The notes under the pieces were generated by a model. The model was not told where the DNA came from, made no database searches, and saw only the letters and a program-made list of their open reading frames with translations. Shown piece by piece: positions 18,514-27,280 of a stretch of 32,000 nt of DNA. Position numbers and translations under genes: made by a program. Positions within the stretch are counted from its first letter, which is position 1. Each line of letters begins with the position of its first letter. This DNA comes from Nitrosospira multiformis ATCC 25196 (GTDB taxonomy: Bacteria; Pseudomonadota; Gammaproteobacteria; Burkholderiales; Nitrosomonadaceae), in contig NC_007614.1 in the NCBI RefSeq assembly GCF_000196355.1, positions 60,001 to 92,000 of the forward strand, read 5' to 3'.

Positions 18514-18903
18514 ATGACCCATACTACCGATCCCAAAATGCAATCATGCATCGATGCCTGTAATCGATGCCATCAAACGTGCCTGCACGAAGCGATGACC
18601 CACTGTCTGGAGTCGGGCGGCAAACACGTTTCTCCGGACCATATGAGGCTTATGTGGAACTGTGCCGAGATCTGTCAGACCTCGGCCAATTTCATGCTGA
18701 GCAACTCCACTTTAAGCAGCCAGCTCTGCGGAGTCTGCGCTGAAGCCTGCGAAGCCTGTGCCAGGAGTTGCGAACAGGTAGGTGACATGGAAGAGTGCGC
18801 CAGAATCTGCCGTGAGTGTGCCGAGAGCTGCCGCCAGATGGCTGGCTCCTATGCTAACCAGGGCACCGGGGCGCAGCAGCGTGTTCCCGCAGATGATTTG
18901 TAG
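18514..18903 (+). CDS. Four-helix bundle Cys-rich protein (DUF326 / Csp copper-storage-like)
   Basis: Repeated CxxxC pattern: CIDACNRCHQTC, CAEICQTSANF, CGVCAEACEACARSCE, CARICRECAESC; AAAGGAGG SD upstream of the internal Met. Confidence 0.85.
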   Translation: MTHTTDPKMQSCIDACNRCHQTCLHEAMTHCLESGGKHVSPDHMRLMWNCAEICQTSANFMLSNSTLSSQLCGVCAEACEACARSCEQVGDMEECARICRECAESCRQMAGSYANQGTGAQQRVPADDL

Positions 18904-18989
18904 CAAGCCCGATTTCTTCTTTCCTCGGAGGATGCTCCTCTTTAGCGCAGAACTCTGCGTCATCTGTTGCGACTGATCATGACGTAAGG

Positions 18990-19015
18990 ATCGCCAGTGC
19001 TGATCCACTGGCGAT
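18990..19015. other. Perfect 10-bp inverted repeat between convergent genes
   Basis: ATCGCCAGTG CTGATC CACTGGCGAT. Confidence 0.75.
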
Positions 19016-19068
19016 ATCCCTGTACATTAATCTTGATGTACGGAAAGGGGGCGCATTCTGATTCCGGT

Positions 19069-19404
19069 TTATCCCACAGGTACCAAATCCCCGAAACCGA
19101 CTGTGGTGTAGGAGATAGATGAATAATAAAAATAATCGAAAATGTCCCCGGTTGTGATACCTGCGATTCGGCCAAACCCCATCTCATGCTCCACAAACAT
19201 GTAGGCAACGGCAAAAACCCACACCTCGAGAAAATGGGCGATCAATAGCCCCATCATTACCAGCAATACGCCAATGCGTTTATGTACATGCGCTCCCAAC
19301 GTGCGGCCAAGAAAACGCAGTGCTTCATAATGGAGCATTACACAGATCGCTACGATCATTCCGGATATGCCCAGAATCACGAGGTGGGCAGCATGTTCAT
19401 TCAT
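19069..19404 (-). CDS. Two-TM potassium channel-like protein, stops immediately after the selectivity filter (possibly truncated)
   Basis: YYSSISYTTVGFGDLVPVG* pore signature directly followed by TAA. Confidence 0.6.
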   Translation of the reverse strand: MNEHAAHLVILGISGMIVAICVMLHYEALRFLGRTLGAHVHKRIGVLLVMMGLLIAHFLEVWVFAVAYMFVEHEMGFGRIAGITTGDIFDYFYYSSISYTTVGFGDLVPVG

Positions 19405-19525
19405 GGGTCACTCGTATGCCTGAATTTTTCATTATCCATGAAGGGGGCATTGGACAAAGAGAAATTGAAGTAGGCACATGAGACCGGTAACAGCTTGAAT
19501 GCCTTTTACTCTTTAAGACTTATTT

Positions 19526-20437
19526 ATGAAAAAACAGGAACAGGAGAACGTTGCGCCACGACCGATCTCAAGAAGCGATGTTGCCGCGTATTTCGGGAAG
19601 CCGGAATCCGGCTTTCGTGACCGTCTCTTCGTAATTATCTTCGAAGCCGAGACCCGGGCTGGACGAAGGTTCGATTTTTCGCTCATCGCCGCCATTCTGC
19701 TAAGCGTGGTCGTGGTGATGCTCGATAGCGTTTCCGGGATTAACTACCGGTATGGGGGAATCCTGAATGCTCTGGAGTGGTTTTTCACTGTTGCGTTTAC
19801 GATCGAATACATCGCCCGGCTGTGGTGCGTAAAACATCCTCTGCGATATGCCAGGAGTTTTTTTGGGATAGTGGATCTTCTTGCAATCCTTCCAACATAT
19901 GCTGCTTTTTTCATACCGGAACTGCATGCGTTAGTCGATCTTCGCCTACTGCGGTTGCTGCGAATGTTTCGCCTTCTGAAGCTTACCGCGTACGTGGAGG
20001 AGTATTCGGTGTTGGGCAGCGCAATCATGGCCAGCAGGCGCAAGATCCTGATTTTCCTGTCTGTGGTAGCGATCGTGGTGATTTTGAATGGCACCCTGCT
20101 GTATGTAATAGAAGGAGGTCCGCATTCTCCGTTCAGCAGTATTCCCACATCGGTCTATTTCGCCATTACAGCGGTCACAACCGTCGGGTTTGGCGATATT
20201 ACCCCTCAAACTGATCTGGGGCGCGCCATTACGTCAGTCACCATGCTGGTCGGGTGGAGTATCCTTGCTGTTCCAACCGGAATTATCACTTCTGAAATGA
20301 CCGCTCAACGGTTCGCGATGAAAAGACCGCCAAACACCCGGACCTGCCCTGTCTGCCTGACAACAGGCCTGGAAGAGAACGCAAGGTTTTGCCGCAATTG
20401 TGGAGCGAAACTTCCCTTGTTCGCTCGCGATCAATAG
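19526..20437 (+). CDS. Voltage-gated-like potassium channel with C-terminal zinc ribbon
   Basis: S4-like LVDLRLLRLLRMFRLLKL, pore TAVTTVGFGDITPQT, C-terminal CPVCLTTGLEENARFCRNCGAKL. Confidence 0.88.
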   Translation: MKKQEQENVAPRPISRSDVAAYFGKPESGFRDRLFVIIFEAETRAGRRFDFSLIAAILLSVVVVMLDSVSGINYRYGGILNALEWFFTVAFTIEYIARLWCVKHPLRYARSFFGIVDLLAILPTYAAFFIPELHALVDLRLLRLLRMFRLLKLTAYVEEYSVLGSAIMASRRKILIFLSVVAIVVILNGTLLYVIEGGPHSPFSSIPTSVYFAITAVTTVGFGDITPQTDLGRAITSVTMLVGWSILAVPTGIITSEMTAQRFAMKRPPNTRTCPVCLTTGLEENARFCRNCGAKLPLFARDQ

Positions 20438-20671
20438 AGGGTTAGCGCGCCAGCGATGGTAGTCAGAGGGGGTTCAGCCATGATGAAGCGGCTTGACTTC
20501 TTACGTAGGTGTGCTTTCTGTACTCGAACGTTGACCGGATAAACGGCATGATGGGTGACTGTGCTGTATGTGAAGAGGATGCAAAAGACTAACGCGAGGC
20601 CGTCAAGGCAGCCAACGGGCAGGAGCCGGTGTGTCCCAATGAAGAACCTGGTTTCGAATAAGGAGCCGCCA

Positions 20672-20701
20672 CTGCCATTTATGGCTTAGTTTCCGTATAA
20701 T
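20672..20701 (+). promoter_or_regulatory. Putative promoter of tRNA-Gly
   Basis: CTGCCA (20672-20677), 18-nt spacer, perfect TATAAT (20696-20701) 13 nt upstream of the tRNA. Confidence 0.55.
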
Positions 20702-20714
20702 CCGCACCTATGCG

Positions 20715-20788
20715 GCGGGTGTAGCTCAATGGCAGAGCAGAAGCTTCCCAAGCTTACGACGAGGGTTCGATTCCCTTCACCCGCTCCA
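20715..20788 (+). tRNA. tRNA-Gly (anticodon CCC, 20747-20749), CCA encoded
   Basis: GCGGGTG...CACCCGC acceptor, D arm GCTC/GAGC, anticodon loop TTCCCAA, T arm GAGGG TTCGATT CCCTT. Confidence 0.93.
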
Positions 20789-20801
20789 TTTCTTCCCGCC
20801 T

Positions 20802-22322
20802 ATGAACCGCTACCCCCACTGTACCAGATGGGCCTTCTTCCTCTTTGCCGGGTTAACGATTCTGCTGCTGGGCGGCATCATTTATATTTTTGTCATTTTT
20901 GATCCCAATGCATACAAACCGGAGATCATCCGCCTCGTGAAAGAGAAAAAGGAGCGGATGCTCAGGCTCGATGGTCCCATTACGCTTGTGTTCTTTCCCA
21001 GTCCTGGCTTGAAACTCAGCGGGCTTTTCCTTAGTGAACATAACAGGGACGAAGAATTCGCGACCATAGAGAAGGTTCACGTTTCTCTCGAAATCCTGCC
21101 ATTGCTTCGAAAGGAGCTGGTGCTGAATGAAATCAGCATTACGGGGCTGAAGGCCAATCTGATCCGTTTTTCCGATGGCAGCACCAACATCGATGATCTG
21201 ATCAGGAGCGAGGAACAACGGGAACGCTTCCGATTCGATATAGGGCGGGTGCATATGGAAAAAACTCTGCTCGCCTTCCGCGACGAAGGCAGCGATACGC
21301 ATTTCGTATTCAGGAACATTGGACTGGAAGCTGACCGGGCGGACGAACGAGCAGATTCGGAGGAGGATGCAATTCGCAGCAAAGTGGAATTGGCGTTTAA
21401 CATAGCGCTTCCTGAACATGCTGAAGTCGATATAGCAACCCGTGTACGTTTTCACCTGACTTTGAACGCAGAAAGACAGTATTTCGCACTCAACGGGATG
21501 AATCTCGCTGCCGAGGCGCAGCTTCCGGGTACAGGCCGATTGCTCATCCAGTCGCGCGGAAATTTTTCTGCCAGCTTTTTGGAGGAAGGAGGGGAATTGG
21601 GTGCCGATGAATTCACCTTCGATGTCGGAATAAGGAACGTTGACAGCAGTTTTAATATTGGGGTGAATGCCGTCCATCTGGGCTTGAAGGGACAGAAAGT
21701 GATCGCGGATAAGGTTTTGGGAGTGGCACAAATTAACAGGTCCCATAGTCTGACCCGCGGAAAGTTTTCTCTTTCGTCGATACAGGGTACCCTGGCGGAG
21801 TTCCGGAGTGAGGTGTTCTCGGCCGATCTGGAATCAGAAAGCGAAGGCCGGATTATAAAGGCCCATTTTTCCTCGCCACTTGGCGGCAATATCCAGGCGC
21901 CTTGGCTGGGGCTGCCAGAATTGAAAGCAGAAATCGAGGCGAAGGGTGCAAGCCTTCCCGCGAATGGCATTCAAGGAAGCCTCTTCGGCAGCGCCTCCCT
22001 GGACGGCTCGGCCGGCAAGGCGTGGACAAAGCTGAACGGCACCTTGGCAGACAGCAATATCACGGTGATATTTTCGGCAAGTGGCTTCATTCCGCCCCGC
22101 CTCGCTTTTGAAGCGGATATCGATGAGCTGAACCTGGACCGTTTTTCGGCGCGACAGCAAGATGGGCAGCAGCGACAAAAAGCCGGCCACCCGGAGCGCT
22201 CATTCGAATTAAACGTGCTGGATGATCTGGAGGGCTTGAACCTGGAAGGGTCGGTTCGCGTAGGCGTATTGAAGGCGGGTGACTTCACGGCATCAAGGGT
22301 CAGAGTGCACATACGGCCCTGA
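20802..22322 (+). CDS. AsmA family protein
   Basis: N-terminal TM followed by YKPEIIRLVKEKKERMLRLDGPITLVFFPSPGLKLSGLFLSE, typical AsmA N-domain. Confidence 0.88.
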   Translation: MNRYPHCTRWAFFLFAGLTILLLGGIIYIFVIFDPNAYKPEIIRLVKEKKERMLRLDGPITLVFFPSPGLKLSGLFLSEHNRDEEFATIEKVHVSLEILPLLRKELVLNEISITGLKANLIRFSDGSTNIDDLIRSEEQRERFRFDIGRVHMEKTLLAFRDEGSDTHFVFRNIGLEADRADERADSEEDAIRSKVELAFNIALPEHAEVDIATRVRFHLTLNAERQYFALNGMNLAAEAQLPGTGRLLIQSRGNFSASFLEEGGELGADEFTFDVGIRNVDSSFNIGVNAVHLGLKGQKVIADKVLGVAQINRSHSLTRGKFSLSSIQGTLAEFRSEVFSADLESESEGRIIKAHFSSPLGGNIQAPWLGLPELKAEIEAKGASLPANGIQGSLFGSASLDGSAGKAWTKLNGTLADSNITVIFSASGFIPPRLAFEADIDELNLDRFSARQQDGQQRQKAGHPERSFELNVLDDLEGLNLEGSVRVGVLKAGDFTASRVRVHIRP

Positions 22323-23473
22323 TGAGCGCGGGAGGAGATATTTCGGATTCTATTGCGAATTCTTTCGCCACCAGACTCATCCGCTGGCAGCGCGAGCATG
22401 GCCGACACCATCTGCCTTGGCAGAACACGCGTGACGCCTATTCCATCTGGCTCTCGGAAATCATGCTGCAGCAAACGCAGGTGGGGACAGTTATTCCCTA
22501 TTACCGGCGATTTCTGCAATGCTTCCCCGACATACAAAGCCTTGCCTCTGCACCGCTGGATGAGGTAATGGTACAGTGGAGCGGGTTGGGTTACTACTCG
22601 CGTGCGAGGAATCTGCATAAAGCGGCGCAGCGGATTGTGGGAGAGCATGGCGGGATTTTTCCCGAGGAGGTTGCCATCATTCGTCAGCTTCCGGGAATCG
22701 GCCGCTCCACCGCTGCGGCAATTGCGGTGTTTGCATTCGGAAAGCGAGCCGCGATCCTCGACGGCAATGTAAAACGCATTCTTTCGCGTTGCTTCGGAAT
22801 CGAGGGTTACCCGGGTGAAAAGCAGGTGGAAGCGCAGCTATGGCAAAAAGCGGAAGCATTGCTGCCAAAGGGAGATGAGAGCCCGATTGAACGCGATATC
22901 GAGGGCTATACCCAGGCGCTGATGGACCTGGGTGCGACTATCTGCATCCGCGCTCGTCCCATGTGCGGCTCATGCCCGCTTCGGCTGGAGTGTGTTGCAT
23001 TCAGGGATAACCGCGCCGGCAGCCTGCCCACCCCTCGGCCGAGGAAGATATTGCCGGAAAGGGAAGCGGTGCTGCTGCTGGCGGTGGCACAGGGCAAAAT
23101 CCTCTTGGAAAAACGGCCGAGCACGGGGATCTGGGGCGCCCTATGGAGCTTGCCGGAGATGGGGATGAATGAGAATGTGATTGAATACTGCCTGCGTTTC
23201 GGGATAAATGTGCGGCCGATGTCACAGATGGAAGCGCTCACTCACACCTTTACCCACTTCAGATTGCGGATTTATCCGCTCATCCTGCAGGTCATTTCCC
23301 GCCCGCCGGATCATTTGACACCGGAGGTCTTATCGCAGCCCCGGCGTCCCTGTGTATGGAGGATGCCGGAGGATGCGCTGAAAGCTGCCATTCCCTCCCC
23401 CGTGAGGAAAGTGCTTCTACAATATGCATCTCAGACAGAGCCGCTTGAAATTCCGGCTATGACAGATAACTGA
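22322..23473 (+). CDS. mutY: A/G-specific adenine glycosylase
   Basis: LPWQNTRDAYSIWLSEIMLQQTQVGTVIPYY, LPGIGRSTAAAIAVFAFGKRAAILDGNVKR, Fe-S C-x6-C-x2-C-x5-C, C-terminal Nudix-like domain. Confidence 0.96.
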   Translation: MSAGGDISDSIANSFATRLIRWQREHGRHHLPWQNTRDAYSIWLSEIMLQQTQVGTVIPYYRRFLQCFPDIQSLASAPLDEVMVQWSGLGYYSRARNLHKAAQRIVGEHGGIFPEEVAIIRQLPGIGRSTAAAIAVFAFGKRAAILDGNVKRILSRCFGIEGYPGEKQVEAQLWQKAEALLPKGDESPIERDIEGYTQALMDLGATICIRARPMCGSCPLRLECVAFRDNRAGSLPTPRPRKILPEREAVLLLAVAQGKILLEKRPSTGIWGALWSLPEMGMNENVIEYCLRFGINVRPMSQMEALTHTFTHFRLRIYPLILQVISRPPDHLTPEVLSQPRRPCVWRMPEDALKAAIPSPVRKVLLQYASQTEPLEIPAMTDN

Positions 23474-23493
23474 CCGGGTATATATTCGAAAGA

Positions 23494-24150
23494 GTGATGA
23501 ATAACTGGAAGGACTGGAGAAGGCACCAGCGCGCGGAACTGATGGCGGCCAGGGAATGCATAGGCGAAGCCGACCATCTTCGCTGGAGCGCTGCCATCAC
23601 CGAGCTGCTGAAACAAGGCTTTCTCGCGCTACGGACACGTACTGTGGGGTTTTGCTGGCCTCATCGAGGCGAATATGATCCCCGTCCGCTCATGTTTTTT
23701 TTCCAGACCAGGGGCGCCACGCTTGCACTCCCCGAGGTAGTGAATAAACATGAGCCCCTCCGTTTCCGCAAGTGGTGGCAGGAAGCCCCCATGAAAATCG
23801 GCGCCTATGATATTCCGGTACCAGACAATACCGATCTGGTAACAGTGGATGCCCTGATCATCCCCATGATCGGTTTCGACAAATTTGGCTTTCGCCTGGG
23901 GTACGGCAGCGGTTATTTCGATCGTACGCTAGCCGTCATGAAGCCCCGTCCGCTCGCTATCGGTGTTGCGTTCGAAATTCTTCGCCTGGAAAGTTTGCAC
24001 CCTCACGCACATGATATTCCCATGGATTTCGTTGTCACCGAGGCGGGAATTTATCATGCAACCCGCACGGGATTGAAACCCGTTTCTGCTGGCCAATGCC
24101 CCGATATTCTTACCGCGAGGGCAGGAGAAATCAAGGAGACCCAAGGATAG
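23494..24150 (+). CDS. 5-formyltetrahydrofolate cyclo-ligase
   Basis: MIPMIGFDKFGFRLGYGSGYFDRTL signature. Confidence 0.88.
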   Translation: MMNNWKDWRRHQRAELMAARECIGEADHLRWSAAITELLKQGFLALRTRTVGFCWPHRGEYDPRPLMFFFQTRGATLALPEVVNKHEPLRFRKWWQEAPMKIGAYDIPVPDNTDLVTVDALIIPMIGFDKFGFRLGYGSGYFDRTLAVMKPRPLAIGVAFEILRLESLHPHAHDIPMDFVVTEAGIYHATRTGLKPVSAGQCPDILTARAGEIKETQG

Positions 24151-24181
24151 TTCATCGGCACGAAAATTCGCCGAGTCGAAT

Positions 24182-24817
24182 TCAATCCACCGTACTTTCT
24201 TCGCCCCAGCGCGGCATGAGCGTATGAGCGACTCCCACATGATCGAGGATACGCGCCACTACAAAATCCACCATGCCGTGGATGTCCCGCGGGTGGTGAT
24301 AGAAGCCGGGATTGGGCGGCAGGATTATTGCGCCGCTACGCGCCAGCTTCAGCATATTTTCGAGGTGAATGGCGGAAAAGGGAGTCTCCCGGGGTACGAG
24401 GATGAGCTTCCGGTTTTCCTTCAGCATTACGTCCGCTGAACGTTCGATCAGCTTTTGACTCATTCCTGCGGCAATTGCAGCAAGCGTACCCATGGTGCAG
24501 GGGCAAACCACCATTGCGTCAGCCGGGTTGGAGCCGGAGGCAACCGGAGCCAACCAATCCTCCCGTCCGAACACGCGTAACTGGCCCTGTTCAGTACTGA
24601 AACGCCGGCGCAACAGCTCCTCCGCTTCCCTGGCACGGGAAGGCAATACCAGCTCCATTTCCTGATGAGCTACGATCTGCGCTGCCTGGGAATACATCAG
24701 GTAGACGCGAGTGCCGGCTGCGAGCAACAGTTCCAGCAAACGCATGCCATAGGGCATGCCGGATGCCCCGGTAAAAGCAAGCGTGACAGTTTTTGATGTA
24801 CTGGCGCGGGAATTCAA
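24182..24817 (-). CDS. ubiX: UbiX flavin prenyltransferase
   Basis: VTLAFTGASGMPYGMRLLELLL, VVCPCTMGTLAAIAAGMSQKLIERSADVMLKENRKLILVPRETPFS. Confidence 0.95.
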   Translation of the reverse strand: MNSRASTSKTVTLAFTGASGMPYGMRLLELLLAAGTRVYLMYSQAAQIVAHQEMELVLPSRAREAEELLRRRFSTEQGQLRVFGREDWLAPVASGSNPADAMVVCPCTMGTLAAIAAGMSQKLIERSADVMLKENRKLILVPRETPFSAIHLENMLKLARSGAIILPPNPGFYHHPRDIHGMVDFVVARILDHVGVAHTLMPRWGEESTVD

Positions 24818-24904
24818 TGTCTGGAAATAGATAAGGAATCGGCGCCGACCGGGAATGCCCTGTTCGCCGAAAGGGTTGCAATGTTACAGGGGGAGAATGG
24901 CTTT

Positions 24905-25744
24905 TTATGCATTCAATTCCCGATGCCGTACCAGAACCTGGTTGTTTTCCGTAAAATAACGTGCCAACCGCTCCACGAAATAAACGGAACGATGCCGTCC
25001 TCCAGTGCAGCCGATCGCTACCGTGAGGTAATTGCGGTTATCGCGGATGAAACAGGGCAACCAGTCATCGACGAATCGGCGGATATCCTCGAACATGCGA
25101 TTCACGCTGCTGTTTGCGTCCATGTATTCGATCACGGCGCCATCCTTTCCCGTCAAAGGTCGCAGAAGGGCCTCATAGTGGGGATTGGGAAGGCAGCGAA
25201 CATCGAACACCATATCGGAATCCAGCGGGATGCCGTGCTTGAAGCCAAAAGATTGGAACAGCAGCGTCAGGCGACCGGGTTCCAGCCCGATGAAATCCCT
25301 TATCCAGGCTCGCAGCGAGCTCGCGCTCAAGTCACTGGTATCGATGCGGTTCGCCAGATCATGAATTTCACGCAACATCTCGCGTTCCATCTCTATGCAT
25401 TCCGGCAGGGTGGATTGATTGTCACTGAGTGGGTGACGGCGGCGAGTTTCGGAAAAACGCTTCAACAGCGTATCCGTTTTGGTGTCGAGAAACAACAGAT
25501 GGATATCCATTTTCTGCCGCCTCAAGTCGGCCAACCGTTGTGGCAAGAGATGCAAGGTTTCGCGGCTTCTGGCGTCAATGCTGACGGCGACGCGCTCATG
25601 GCCGGATTGCTTCAAATAAACCGTCACCTCCAGCAGCAGGTTGGCCGGAAGGTTGTCAACGCAATAGTAGCCGTTATCTTCCAGAACGGTAAGCGCGATG
25701 CTCTTGCCGGAGCCTGACAGGCCGCTGATGACGATCACCTGCAT
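24905..25744 (-). CDS. rapZ: RNase adapter protein RapZ
   Basis: [33 protein letters not shown]; [18 protein letters not shown]. Confidence 0.96.
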
Positions 25745-25830
25745 AGATTCAAATCGTACCGGATGAGAATATCCGTGAGCAGAAAGGCAGGGAGGGACGA
25801 GAAGGTTTTAACTCTGTTTTCGCCCACGTG

Positions 25831-26817
25831 TTATGTTTGCCCGTTCTCGAGTTCCTGTTGATGGCGCGCGAAAAATTCCTGACCGCTGTCTATGCCGCGT
25901 AACTGCAAAACATAGTTTCGTACCGCCGCTTCTACCAGGACAGCGAGGTTTCGGCCGGCGGCAACCGGAATGATGACTTTCCGGATGTTGACATCCAGGA
26001 TATTCTCAGTGACATCATTGATCGGCAGCCGTTCCATTGCATTGAGATCAGCGCTGTTGGGTTTCTGCAAGTGAACGATGAGTTTCATGTTTTTTTTGCG
26101 CCGTACCGCCGCTTCGCCAAAAATCGTTCGAATATTCAGCATTCCCAGTCCCCGCACTTCGAGAAAATCGCGCAGCATGGGTGGGCAGCGCCCTTCGAGC
26201 GTTTCCGGTGCAATGCGATAGAGCTCCACCACATCATCCGCCACCAATCCATGTCCGCGGCTCACCAGTTCCAGCGCCAATTCGCTCTTGCCGACACTGC
26301 TCTCGCCGGTAATCATTACGCCGAGCCCAAGAACGTCGAGCAATACGCCATGCCTGCTGCAGGAAGGAGCAAGGACCCGTCCGAGATAGGGGCGTAATAT
26401 CCAGAGGATCTCGAGACTGGAGTAGGGTGTACAGAAGAGAGGGGTACGCGTGGAATCCGCCAGGGACTTTATGGAATCCGGAACACATGCGCCCGCCGTA
26501 ACAATGATGCATAGCATATCGCTTTCGGCAAGCCTGCGCATATGTTGTTCGAGGGAAGCAGGATCGAGCGCGTTGAGATATTCGGCCTCGGTTTCGCTCA
26601 ATACCTGAATCCAGTTGGGATGGATGAAATTGAGGTGTCCGATCATCCCCTGCGTCGAACGCGCGATCGCTTCATTATCGAGACTTCTGTCGCCTCCATC
26701 CCGCCCTGCTTCCCAGGTGAGACCCAGTTTCTGGCGTTTTTCCTCGAAAAGCTGTCTGGCGTCGATTCCGACCATCTGGTTGAATGCCTCCTGATTATCA
26801 GGATTGGGAAAAATCAT
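25831..26817 (-). CDS. hprK: HPr kinase/phosphorylase
   Basis: VMITGESSVGKSELALELVSRGHGLVADDVVEL; LEVRGLGMLNIRTIFGEAAV. Confidence 0.95.
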   Translation of the reverse strand: MIFPNPDNQEAFNQMVGIDARQLFEEKRQKLGLTWEAGRDGGDRSLDNEAIARSTQGMIGHLNFIHPNWIQVLSETEAEYLNALDPASLEQHMRRLAESDMLCIIVTAGACVPDSIKSLADSTRTPLFCTPYSSLEILWILRPYLGRVLAPSCSRHGVLLDVLGLGVMITGESSVGKSELALELVSRGHGLVADDVVELYRIAPETLEGRCPPMLRDFLEVRGLGMLNIRTIFGEAAVRRKKNMKLIVHLQKPNSADLNAMERLPINDVTENILDVNIRKVIIPVAAGRNLAVLVEAAVRNYVLQLRGIDSGQEFFARHQQELENGQT

Positions 26818-26951
26818 GAGCTTCTTCCCGGGAGTGCCGAAACAAATTCACGGTTTCGGAGCGAGAAGCGGTGCTGAGCCCGTATTGGTGCAGAGCCCTT
26901 TATCGTTGCTCCACCTGATCTTTGGTTCAAATTGCCCTGATCCGGAATTTC

Positions 26952-27254
26952 TTAAACGGTATCCGTGCGTTGGCTTTCATTTTTCTCCTTGCGGCGGACC
27001 AGCTGGCGCTCGAGTTTATCAACGAGATCATCTATGGAAGCGTACATGTCCGTGCTGTCCGCCTCGACAAAAATATCGTTGCCAGGGACTCGCGCCAGCG
27101 CCTCCGCCTTGTGCTCCAACTTTTCCACGGAAAGGGTCACAGTGATATCCACAATCTGGTCGAAACGTTGAGTGATGCGGCTCAATTTGGAAACAACATA
27201 CTCGCGCAATGGAGGGGTGATTTCGACCTGCCGACCTGTGACATGGATGTTCAT
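26952..27254 (-). CDS. hpf: Ribosome hibernation promoting factor
   Basis: MNIHVTGRQVEITPPLREYVVSKLSRI, DMYASIDDLVDKLERQLVRRKEK; next to rpoN. Confidence 0.93.
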   Translation of the reverse strand: MNIHVTGRQVEITPPLREYVVSKLSRITQRFDQIVDITVTLSVEKLEHKAEALARVPGNDIFVEADSTDMYASIDDLVDKLERQLVRRKEKNESQRTDTV

Positions 27255-27280
27255 TTGTGGCTCCTATGAAATGACTGTGG

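Noticed and set aside
20454-20700. Possible gene remnant or ncRNA upstream of tRNA-Gly
   Set aside because: No ORF or clear structure; only the tRNA promoter-like TATAAT could be supported.
20715-20788. tRNA-Gly as attachment site of the integrated element
   Set aside because: It lies ~9.7 kb from the integrase, with intact housekeeping genes between; the element end motifs are at 699 and 11035, and no partial tRNA copy was seen there.
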